In this document: piece by piece, positions 8,743 to 15,756 of the stretch
Position numbering within the stretch: position 1 is the first letter of the stretch
Layout of the letters: each line of letters starts with the position of its first letter
Source of the DNA: a bacterium
GTDB lineage: Bacteria; Sysuimicrobiota; Sysuimicrobiia; Sysuimicrobiales; Kaftiobacteriaceae
Length of the DNA stretch: 17,377 nt
Assembly: GCA_044868695.1 (NCBI GenBank)
Contig: JBIOWP010000046.1
Coordinates: 1-17,377, forward strand
Direction: 5' to 3'
Made by a program: the position numbers and the translations under genes
Notes under the pieces: model-generated
The model's input: only the letters and a program-made list of their open reading frames with translations
What the model was told of the DNA's origin: nothing
Database searches by the model: none

Positions 8743-8802
8743 GGAACAATGGAACCAGGGAACGAGGGAACACGATTCCCTCGTTTCCTTGTTCCCTGGT
8801 TC
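8743..8802. repeat. Inverted array of 8-bp tandem repeats after the binding-protein gene; probable mRNA hairpin
   Basis: GGAACAAT GGAACCAG GGAACGAG GGAACACG followed by ATTCCCTC GTTTCCTT GTTCCCTG GTTC. 8752-8763 is the exact reverse complement of 8791-8802, and 8761-8770 of 8776-8785. Confidence 0.9.
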
Positions 8803-8820
8803 GCGCAGGTGGGGTGGGCC

Positions 8821-9858
8821 ATGGCCTACGTTGAAACACGCAATCTGCACAAACACTTCGGCGAGGTCCGCGCGGTTGACGGTGTGGACCTGGCGGTCAA
8901 CGAGGGCGAGCTGCTGGTCTTGCTGGGGCCGTCCGGCTGCGGAAAGACCACGCTCATGCGGATGATTGCGGGCCTCGAGCAGCCGACCGCGGGGGAGATC
9001 TTCATCGCGGGCGAGCGGGTGGACGAAGACGTGCCCCCGCGGGCGCGCGGAATTGCGATGGTCTTCCAGAGTTACGCTCTGTACCCGCACAAGACCGCCT
9101 ACGACAATATCGCCTTTCCGCTCGAGGCGCTTCGTCAGGCGCCGGCGCTGATCAAAGATGCCGTGCAGAAGGCCGCAGGCATGTTCGGCATCGGCCACCT
9201 CCTGCCGCGCCGCCCGCGGCAGTTGTCCGGCGGCGAGCGCCAGCGGGTCGCCCTGGCGCGGGCCGTGGTCCGCTCGCCGCGGGTCTTCTTGTTCGACGAG
9301 CCGCTGAGCAACCTGGACGCCAAGCTGAGGGCCATCGCACGGTTTGAGCTGAAGCAGTCCCAGCGCCAGATTGGGACGACGACCATCTACGTGACGCACG
9401 ACCAGGTGGAAGCGATGGGGCTGGGGGACCGGATCGCGGTGATGGAACGCGGCAAGGTCCGTCAGATCGGCTCGCCGCAGGACGTGTACGACCATCCGGC
9501 CGACACGTTCGTGGCCACGTTCCTGGGGGCGCCTCCAATGAACCTGATCGAGTGGACCGTGGACACCATCTTGGGGTTCCGGCCTGAGAACCTTCTGCCG
9601 AGGTCGGTGTTTGAACCGGGCGAGGAGGTCGTGACCCTGCGACTGCGCGTGCGGGAGGTGGAGCACCTGGGCGCCAGCCGGCTCGTGTACGGGACCCTCG
9701 AAGAGCGCGCGCGCTCCGATCAGCCGGTGATCGCGGATCTGCCCGTGACGATCCGCACGACCGTGCATGAAGGGGACACGCTCGACTTTGCGGTGAGCGC
9801 CCGCGCCCTGCGCTACTTCGACGTGCGCACGGGCCTTAGGCGCGACGCCGTTGCGTAG
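8821..9858 (+). CDS. Sugar ABC transporter ATP-binding protein (MalK-like)
   Basis: Walker A GPSGCGKTT, AMVFQSYALYPH, signature LSGGERQRVA, Walker B FLFDEPLSNLD, YVTHDQ. Start MAYVET at ATG 8821. Confidence 0.95.
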   Translation: MAYVETRNLHKHFGEVRAVDGVDLAVNEGELLVLLGPSGCGKTTLMRMIAGLEQPTAGEIFIAGERVDEDVPPRARGIAMVFQSYALYPHKTAYDNIAFPLEALRQAPALIKDAVQKAAGMFGIGHLLPRRPRQLSGGERQRVALARAVVRSPRVFLFDEPLSNLDAKLRAIARFELKQSQRQIGTTTIYVTHDQVEAMGLGDRIAVMERGKVRQIGSPQDVYDHPADTFVATFLGAPPMNLIEWTVDTILGFRPENLLPRSVFEPGEEVVTLRLRVREVEHLGASRLVYGTLEERARSDQPVIADLPVTIRTTVHEGDTLDFAVSARALRYFDVRTGLRRDAVA

Positions 9859-10789
9859 AGACCTCTCTGCCCGCCCGGTCTCCGCGAGCGCGGTCTTCCG
9901 GCACCGCACGCTGGCCGACCGGGAAGACTTACTCGGCCGGCTGATGCTGGCTCCTGCCCTCATCTACGTGGTCGTGCTGGTCGGCGCGCCGCTGGTACTC
10001 GCCATCCTCCTGAGCTTCACGTCCGCGACGGCCGGCAGCCTGTCGTTTTCCTGGGTGGGGCTGCGCAACTTCACGACGATCGTGCGCGATGCCCAGTTCC
10101 AGCTGGCGCTGCGCAACACCGTGCTCTTCACGGTGGTCTCGCAGGCGCTCGTCGTCGTGCTGGCGCTCACCGCGGCGCACGTCCTGGATGCCGCGTTCGT
10201 CGGCCGCCGGGCCGTGCGATTCTTGCTCCTCCTGCCGTGGGCGGCGCCGGTGTCGCTGGCGGCGATGGCCTGGACGTGGATCTTCGACTCCACCTTCAGC
10301 GTCATCAACTGGACACTGAAGGTGGCGGGCCTGCTCGGAGGCTGGTTGTACTGGTTTGGCGATCCCACGCTGGCGATCATTGCGATCGTCGCCGTCCACG
10401 TCTGGCGCACGTTCCCCTTCGCCACGGTGATTGTGCTCGCCGGCATGGGCGCCGTCCCGCAGGATATCAGGGAAGCCGCGGTGATCGACGGCGCGGGGTT
10501 CTTCCGCCGGCTCCTGCAGGTGAATCTGCCCCTCCTGCTGCCTATCGTGACGGTGTCGGTGCTATTTGGGATGGTGTTTACTTCCACTGATCTGAGCGTC
10601 GTCTGGCTGCTCACCCGTGGCGGGCCGTACAACAGCACGCACGTGCTCCCCTCGCTGGCGTTCCAGCGGGGCATCCTCGGCGCCAGTCTCGGCCAGGGAG
10701 CGGCCATCGCCCTGTTCTTGCTCCCGGTCCTGATCGTCGTCGCCATTACGATGCTGCGGATCGCCAGGCGCACGGAGGTCGGGACATGA
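9851..10789 (+). CDS. Sugar ABC transporter permease (MalF-like)
   Basis: WVGLRNF, LLLLPWAAP, EAA loop DIREAAVIDGAG, LTRGGP, multiple TM segments. Exact start uncertain. Confidence 0.92.
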   Translation: MRRDLSARPVSASAVFRHRTLADREDLLGRLMLAPALIYVVVLVGAPLVLAILLSFTSATAGSLSFSWVGLRNFTTIVRDAQFQLALRNTVLFTVVSQALVVVLALTAAHVLDAAFVGRRAVRFLLLLPWAAPVSLAAMAWTWIFDSTFSVINWTLKVAGLLGGWLYWFGDPTLAIIAIVAVHVWRTFPFATVIVLAGMGAVPQDIREAAVIDGAGFFRRLLQVNLPLLLPIVTVSVLFGMVFTSTDLSVVWLLTRGGPYNSTHVLPSLAFQRGILGASLGQGAAIALFLLPVLIVVAITMLRIARRTEVGT

Positions 10790-11682
10790 ACCAGCCGGCC
10801 ACCAGCCGCCCGCAGGGCAGGGGCAGCCGGCGCCTGGTGCGCGGGGTGAAGCGCGCGGCCCTCTACGCGGCCGCGCTCGGGTTTACGCTGTTTGCCGTCT
10901 TTCCCTTCTACTGGATGTTCGTCACGTCGTTCAAGACCAACCGCGACCTGTACGTGGGCGCCACGGACCTGTCTCACATCCCGTGGATCTTCAATGAGTC
11001 CCCGACCCTAGACCACGTGCGCCTCCTGCTGGCCCACACGCCGTACCTCGTCTGGGTGAAGAATACGGCGCTCATCGGGGCGTTGGTGGTGCTGATCACG
11101 CTGGCGGCGGCGGTGCCGGCGGGCTACAGCCTGGCGCGCCTGACAGGGCGCTGGGGCGAGCGGCTGGGGATCGGTATTTTTCTCACGTACCTGGTGCCGT
11201 CGACGCTGCTGTTCATTCCGTTTGCCAGGGTCATCGCGATCCTGGGGCTCCAGAATTCTGTCTGGGCGCTGGTGCTGGTCTATCCGACGTTTACCATCCC
11301 ATTCTGCACCTGGCTGATGATGGGGTTCTTTCGATCGGTGCCGCGCGACATCGAGGAGCAGGCCATGATCGATGGGTACAGCCGGGCGGCGGTCATCCGG
11401 CGGGTCGTGCTGCCCCTGGGCATGTCCGGCGTGCTCACCGTGGTGATCTTCGCGTTCACGCTCGTCATGCAGGATTTCGTCTATGCCCTGACGTTCATCA
11501 GTTCCGTAGGCAAGATGACGGTCAGCCTGGGCGTCCCCGTCGCGCTGGTGCGGGGGGACGTCTTCTACTGGGGCTCGCTCATGGCGGCCTGTCTCATCAC
11601 GAGCATCCCCATCGCCGTGGTCTACAACCTGTTCATCGACCGGTTCATCGCCGGGTTGACTGCGGGAGCGCTCAAGGGCTAA
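10786..11682 (+). CDS. Sugar ABC transporter permease (MalG-like)
   Basis: FPFYWMFVTSFK, AGYSLARL, EAA loop VPRDIEEQAMIDG, C-terminal FIAGLTAGALKG. ATGA overlap with the upstream permease. Confidence 0.93.
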   Translation: MNQPATSRPQGRGSRRLVRGVKRAALYAAALGFTLFAVFPFYWMFVTSFKTNRDLYVGATDLSHIPWIFNESPTLDHVRLLLAHTPYLVWVKNTALIGALVVLITLAAAVPAGYSLARLTGRWGERLGIGIFLTYLVPSTLLFIPFARVIAILGLQNSVWALVLVYPTFTIPFCTWLMMGFFRSVPRDIEEQAMIDGYSRAAVIRRVVLPLGMSGVLTVVIFAFTLVMQDFVYALTFISSVGKMTVSLGVPVALVRGDVFYWGSLMAACLITSIPIAVVYNLFIDRFIAGLTAGALKG

Positions 11683-11722
11683 CCCAGGACATCCGCTGAC
11701 GCGTGGCGAAGAGTGTTCCAGA

Positions 11723-12265
11723 ATGGGAACAGCAAAAGTGGATGGCGACGCTCGCACGGACGCGCTGGCGTTTGGCGCGTACGTCCGGCTGCTGCGGGAA
11801 CATTTCTACGGAAAGGGCCGCGGCAAGGGGCTGCGCCAGCTCGCGCGCGAAGCCGGGATCGCGCCGAGCGTGCTCTCGCGCGGGGAGCGGGGGCTGCAGG
11901 ATCTCCGGCAGGTCGAGTACATCGAGCGGCTTGCTCCTCATCTGGGTGTCCGTCCCTCGGTCCTCAAGCGCGTAGCGGCGCTGATCACTCCCCAGGACGT
12001 CGACGACTTTCGCCGCCTGGATGCCGGGCTGGGGGCGGCGGATTTCCGCCAGGACGGTGCCAGCCGGCTGTTGTGGGCGAAGGTCATTCAAGATCTCCAG
12101 CGGCTGCGCGGCGCATCGCCTGAGACCCTGGAGGCGCTGCTCGCGTATGTTGAGTACCTGTCCGCCCGCGGCGGTCCTCACCGCCCGGCGCGCGCCGACG
12201 GCGCCGGCGTGGACGACAACGGTGACGCTTCCCCCGCCGCGGCCCACGGCCGCCGGGACGGCTGA
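11723..12265 (+). CDS. XRE/Cro-family helix-turn-helix protein
   Basis: FGAYVRLLRE...GLRQLAREAGIAPSVLSRGERG...IERLAPHLGV matches the HTH_XRE pattern. C-terminal part not recognised; start uncertain. Confidence 0.75.
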   Translation: MGTAKVDGDARTDALAFGAYVRLLREHFYGKGRGKGLRQLAREAGIAPSVLSRGERGLQDLRQVEYIERLAPHLGVRPSVLKRVAALITPQDVDDFRRLDAGLGAADFRQDGASRLLWAKVIQDLQRLRGASPETLEALLAYVEYLSARGGPHRPARADGAGVDDNGDASPAAAHGRRDG

Positions 12266-12286
12266 CGCGTGGAGGGGTAGGGAACG

Positions 12287-12760
12287 ATGGCGCAGGTTGC
12301 GGCGACCGCCTTCATCCGTGCTGCCCTCGATGACGTCTACGCGCTGGCAAAGGACGTCGAGGCGTTCCCATCATTCATGCCCGACATGGAGTCCATCACG
12401 GTGCTGCAGCGCGAAGGCACCCGGACGGTCACGGAGTGGGTAGGCGTCGTCCAGGGCCGGAAGGTCCGGTGGGTGGAGGACGACGAGTGGGATGATACGC
12501 GCCATGCGTGCACCTTCCGCCAGCGCGAGGGCGACTTCACGAAATACGAAGGCACCTGGACATTTGCGGCCTCCGGCGGGGGGACCGAGACCACGCTGGC
12601 CGTGGACTTCGAGCTGGAACTCCCGCTGGCCGGGGCGCTGTTGTCGAACCTGCTGAAGGTGCTGGTGCGAAAGAATCTCGAGAGCATGCTCATGGCGATG
12701 AAGGCGCGGCTGGAAGAGACCGCCGGAAGCCGCGCGGCACGCGATGCCGTCGGGAGGTGA
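12287..12760 (+). CDS. SRPBCC/START-fold protein (polyketide cyclase/Coq10-like)
   Basis: DDVYALAKDVEAFPSFMP, FRQREGDFTKYEGTWTF, C-terminal helix LESMLMAMKARLE. GGAGGGG upstream. Confidence 0.85.
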   Translation: MAQVAATAFIRAALDDVYALAKDVEAFPSFMPDMESITVLQREGTRTVTEWVGVVQGRKVRWVEDDEWDDTRHACTFRQREGDFTKYEGTWTFAASGGGTETTLAVDFELELPLAGALLSNLLKVLVRKNLESMLMAMKARLEETAGSRAARDAVGR

Positions 12761-12764
12761 TCAC

Positions 12765-12899
12765 GTGGACCTACTCAGACAGGCGCTGGACCGGGCGCGG
12801 AGCCGCCTCAACAACGAGCGAGGAGACGTCGTTGTCCTGCTCCTCGTCGCCTTCTTGCTCTGGCTGCTGATTACGGGCCGGCACATCGTCGTCCAGTAG
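12765..12899 (+). CDS. 44-aa small membrane protein with class III (prepilin-like) signal: MDLLRQALDRARSRLNNERGDVVVLLLVAFLLWLLITGRHIVVQ
   Basis: Read directly from sequence (below the ORF-track cutoff). GGAGGT RBS at 12753-12758, GTG 12765, TAG 12897-12899, followed by a terminator. Charged leader, ERG, then a hydrophobic helix. Confidence 0.7.
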   Translation: MDLLRQALDRARSRLNNERGDVVVLLLVAFLLWLLITGRHIVVQ

Positions 12900-12913
12900 C
12901 GCGGGTGCGGTGA

Positions 12914-12943
12914 GCCTTAGGGAGCCACTCCCTAAGGCCTTTT
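12914..12943 (+). terminator. Rho-independent terminator
   Basis: GCCTTAGGGAG-CCA-CTCCCTAAGGC perfect 11-bp stem followed by CTTTT. Confidence 0.8.
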
Positions 12944-13023
12944 CGTGCGGTGCGGCGGGCATGGAAGAGAGGCACTGCGGCGAGAATCGCCGGCTGGGTA
13001 TGAGGACACTATAGGGGTATCTG

Positions 13024-14154
13024 ATGCACTCACCGAAGGCGCAGAGCGCCAAACCGATCCCCATCGCCAGACCTCTGATATCGGACGAGGACAAACATCG
13101 GGTGCTGGACGTGCTGGACTCGGGCATGCTCGTGGCCGGCCGCCAGGTCTCCGAATTCGAACACGCGTTTGCCCGCTACCTCGGGGCACGGGACGCCGTC
13201 GCCACCTCGTCGGGAACGACCGCGCTCCAGGTCGCGCTGGAGGCGGTGGACCTCCGGCCTGGCGATGCCGTCGTGACGACCCCGTTCACGTTTGTTGCCA
13301 CGGCCAACGCCATCCTCCATGTGGGGGCCCGCCCGGTCTTTGTCGACGTGGATCCGCGGACGTACAACCTCGACCCACAGGCGGCCGGCGACGCGGTGCG
13401 GCGCGAGAAAGCGCGCGCGATCCTGTGCGTCCACTTGTACGGGCTGCCCTGTGACATGGCCGCCCTGACAGACATCGCACAGCGTACGGGAGCGATTGTC
13501 ATCGAGGACTGCGCGCAGGCGCATGGGGCCTCATTTGCAGGTACGCGCGTGGGTACGTTTGGTCAGGCCGGTATTTTCAGTTTTTACCCCTCAAAAAACA
13601 TGACCACCGGCGAAGGCGGGATGATCGTGACCAATGACGGCGCGGTGGCGTCGCGGTCCCGTGTGCTGGTCAATGTCGGCCAGACCGCGGGTGAGGAGTA
13701 TGTGTACGAAACGATCGGTTACAACTACCGGATGACCAACATGGCGGGCGCCATGGGGGTGGGGCAGCTGTCGCATCTGGACGAGTGGAACCAGGCCAGG
13801 CGGGAACACGCCGCCCGGCTGACCAAGGCGTTCAGCCGGTTGGACTGGCTGATGACGCCGGTGGAGCCGGCGGGTTCCGTCCATGTCTACAACCAGTACA
13901 CGGTACGTGTGCCGGCGGCCCGGTCGCGCTTCCTGGCGTACCTGGCCGAACATCGGATCGGGTACCGCGTCTACTACCCCCACCTCATTCCGCACTCCCC
14001 AGCCTACCGGCGGCTGGGATTCGGCGGATCCTATCCGGTGGCCGAGCAGCTGGCCGCGCAGGTGGTGTCGCTGCCGGTCCATCCGGCGCTGACCGAAGAC
14101 GATGTAGAGCGGATCATCGACGTAGTCACGCACTTCTCCGGTGCGAAGGGCTGA
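13024..14154 (+). CDS. DegT/DnrJ/EryC1/StrS-family PLP-dependent sugar aminotransferase
   Basis: SSGTTAL, TPFTFVATANAI, VHLYG, IEDCAQAHG, FSFYPSKNMTTGEGGM (PLP Lys), GYNYRM, SLPVHP. Confidence 0.95.
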   Translation: MHSPKAQSAKPIPIARPLISDEDKHRVLDVLDSGMLVAGRQVSEFEHAFARYLGARDAVATSSGTTALQVALEAVDLRPGDAVVTTPFTFVATANAILHVGARPVFVDVDPRTYNLDPQAAGDAVRREKARAILCVHLYGLPCDMAALTDIAQRTGAIVIEDCAQAHGASFAGTRVGTFGQAGIFSFYPSKNMTTGEGGMIVTNDGAVASRSRVLVNVGQTAGEEYVYETIGYNYRMTNMAGAMGVGQLSHLDEWNQARREHAARLTKAFSRLDWLMTPVEPAGSVHVYNQYTVRVPAARSRFLAYLAEHRIGYRVYYPHLIPHSPAYRRLGFGGSYPVAEQLAAQVVSLPVHPALTEDDVERIIDVVTHFSGAKG

Positions 14155-14165
14155 GGAGCGCATCC

Positions 14166-15101
14166 GTGGCGCAGAACAGAACGCGGGTCGCGGTCGTCGG
14201 GCTCGGCCAGTGGGGGCGCAACCATGCTCGCACGTACGCCGGGCTGCCGAATGTCGAGCTGGCCGGCGTCGTCGATGTGAACACCGCCGACCTCCGCGGT
14301 TTTGCGCACCGCTACAAGACAACGCCATTTACCGATTATCGGGAGCTCCTCGGCCGCGTGGAGGCGGTGAGCATCGTCGTCCCGACGAACCTTCACTTTG
14401 AAGTGGCGAAGGCGTTCCTGAATGCGGGGACGCACGTCCTGGTGGAGAAACCGATGACCAGCACGACGGCCGAGGCGGAGGAGCTGGTCGACCTGGCCCA
14501 CCGCAAGGACCGCATCCTGCTGGTCGGCCACGTCGAACGGTTCAAGCCTGCCGTCCGCCGGCTGGCGGAGCTGGCCGGCGCGCCGATGTTCATTCAGGCC
14601 CGACGGGTGCGGCCGTACGACCGCACCCGGACGATGGACGTCGGCGTCGTGATGGACCTGATGATTCACGACATCGACATCGTCCTCTCGCTGGTGCGCG
14701 GCCGCATCGTGGATGCCGGCGGCCTGGCGGTCCGGGTGCACAACACGCAGGAAGACCTGGCTGTGGCTCACCTGACGCTCTCGACTGGATGCGTAGCCTG
14801 GCTGCTGGCCAGCCGCGTCTCCGCGGACAAAGCCGCCGAGATCGAGGTCACCACTCCCGACCGCGTGGTCCGGCTCGACTATCTCAGGCAGCGGTTGGCC
14901 ATCCATCCGTTTCACGGCGAGGTCGAAGACATGGCCATCCACGGGGACGAGCCGCTGCGGGCGGAGTTGCGGCACTTTGTCAACTGCGTGAATGGGATGG
15001 AACAGCCGCTGGTGACGGGGGAGGACGGCCTGCATGCCTTGGCCGTCGCCCACCGCCTCCTCGAACAGATGGCGACGGTCGCGCCGCCCGTTCGCGTGTA
15101 G
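14166..15101 (+). CDS. Gfo/Idh/MocA-family NAD-dependent oxidoreductase (GnnA/WlbA-like sugar-nucleotide dehydrogenase)
   Basis: GTG 14166 after GAGGAG. VAVVGLGQWG, HVLVEKPM, VGHVERF, DLMIHDID. Confidence 0.9.
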   Translation: MAQNRTRVAVVGLGQWGRNHARTYAGLPNVELAGVVDVNTADLRGFAHRYKTTPFTDYRELLGRVEAVSIVVPTNLHFEVAKAFLNAGTHVLVEKPMTSTTAEAEELVDLAHRKDRILLVGHVERFKPAVRRLAELAGAPMFIQARRVRPYDRTRTMDVGVVMDLMIHDIDIVLSLVRGRIVDAGGLAVRVHNTQEDLAVAHLTLSTGCVAWLLASRVSADKAAEIEVTTPDRVVRLDYLRQRLAIHPFHGEVEDMAIHGDEPLRAELRHFVNCVNGMEQPLVTGEDGLHALAVAHRLLEQMATVAPPVRV

Positions 15102-15112
15102 TCACGCGAACG

Positions 15113-15180
15113 GGTTGAAGCGTTGGACCGTTGAAGCGAAAGTGACCGGGTCCCCGTTTCAACGTTCCAACGTTTCAACG
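15113..15180. repeat. Inverted array of 8-bp tandem repeats between convergent genes; probable hairpin
   Basis: GGTTGAAG CGTTGGAC CGTTGAAG C, then an 18-nt spacer, then GTTTCAAC GTTCCAAC GTTTCAAC G. The variant middle units (TTGG / CCAA) are complementary. Confidence 0.9.
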
Positions 15181-15184
15181 CTGG

Positions 15185-15418
15185 TCAGGGGGTCACGACC
15201 ACGCAGGTGACCACCTTGCTCACGCCTTCGATCTTCGCCACGGCGGCGGTCACGGTCGGGAACCCCTTCGTTTCCTCCTGCTCCACCACGGCGATCACAT
15301 CGTAGTCGCCCATTGTGACGTGCGCGTCCACGACGCCGGGGACGCTGCGGACGTGGCGGGCCACCGCGGCAGGTGTGCTGCGATCCAGCGCGATCAGCAG
15401 GTACGCCACCTCGGCCAT
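15185..15418 (-). CDS. Stand-alone Lrp/AsnC ligand-binding (RAM) domain protein, 77 aa
   Basis: MAEVAYLLI...VRSVPGVVDAHVTMGDYDVIAVVE...IEGVSKVVTCVV is the typical AsnC C-terminal pattern, with no HTH. GAGG precedes the ATG on the minus strand. Confidence 0.85.
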   Translation of the reverse strand: MAEVAYLLIALDRSTPAAVARHVRSVPGVVDAHVTMGDYDVIAVVEQEETKGFPTVTAAVAKIEGVSKVVTCVVVTP

Positions 15419-15466
15419 GCCTCGTGGGTTTCTGGAGGTCGGTGGCAACTCCTCGTCTCGGCTGTG

Positions 15467-15496
15467 TTGACACCCGCCGCCGGCCGCCTGTACGTT
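15467..15496 (+). promoter_or_regulatory. Putative sigma70 promoter driving the riboswitch leader
   Basis: TTGACA (15467-15472), 18 nt spacer, TACGTT (15491-15496), about 20 nt upstream of the aptamer P1. Confidence 0.65.
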
Positions 15497-15515
15497 GGCA
15501 GGTGAAGCACGACGT

Positions 15516-15672
15516 CCCACAGTCTTGCGGGGCAGGGTGAGGGCCAGCTGGTCGGCTGGCCCAATTCCCGATCGGCGGTGACAGCCCGTGAGGCCCTGGT
15601 TCTGGGACAGGGCCGTGGCCCGGTGGAATTCCGGGGTCGACGGTACAGTCCGTATGAGGCGGAGACGGTGGG
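15516..15672 (+). ncRNA. FMN riboswitch (RFN element) class aptamer, atypical variant
   Basis: Conserved blocks in the correct order: GGGGCAGGGTGA..AATTCCCGATCGGCGGTGACAGCCCGTGA, P4 GGCCCTG/CAGGGCC, CCCGGTGGAATTCCGGG, CGACGGTACAGTCCGTATGAG. P1 CCCAC-AGTCTT / GAGAC-GGTGGG. Confidence 0.92.
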
Positions 15673-15695
15673 GGATCGGCGCCTGAGCGCCCCCA

Positions 15696-15726
15696 GGACG
15701 CCCGAGTTCGGGCGTCTCTTTCTTTT
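15696..15726 (+). terminator. Intrinsic terminator of the riboswitch expression platform
   Basis: GACGCCCG-AGTT-CGGGCGTC followed by TCTTTCTTTT, located between the aptamer and the start codon at 15757. Confidence 0.85.
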
Positions 15727-15756
15727 CGTGACATCGGTTCGAGGGAGGGAGATGCG

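Noticed and set aside
11723..12760. XRE + RatA/PasT-like toxin-antitoxin pair
   Set aside because: The SRPBCC fold is mostly ligand-binding, no toxin-specific feature is visible, and both proteins are larger than typical type II TA components.
12945..13454. 169-aa and other alternative-frame ORFs around the degT start
   Set aside because: Arg/Gly-rich, motif-free, and overlapping the clear DegT frame.
15113..15180. CRISPR-like GTTTCAAC / GTTGAA motifs
   Set aside because: The units are 8 bp and directly adjacent, with no 25-40 bp repeats, no unique spacers and no cas genes.
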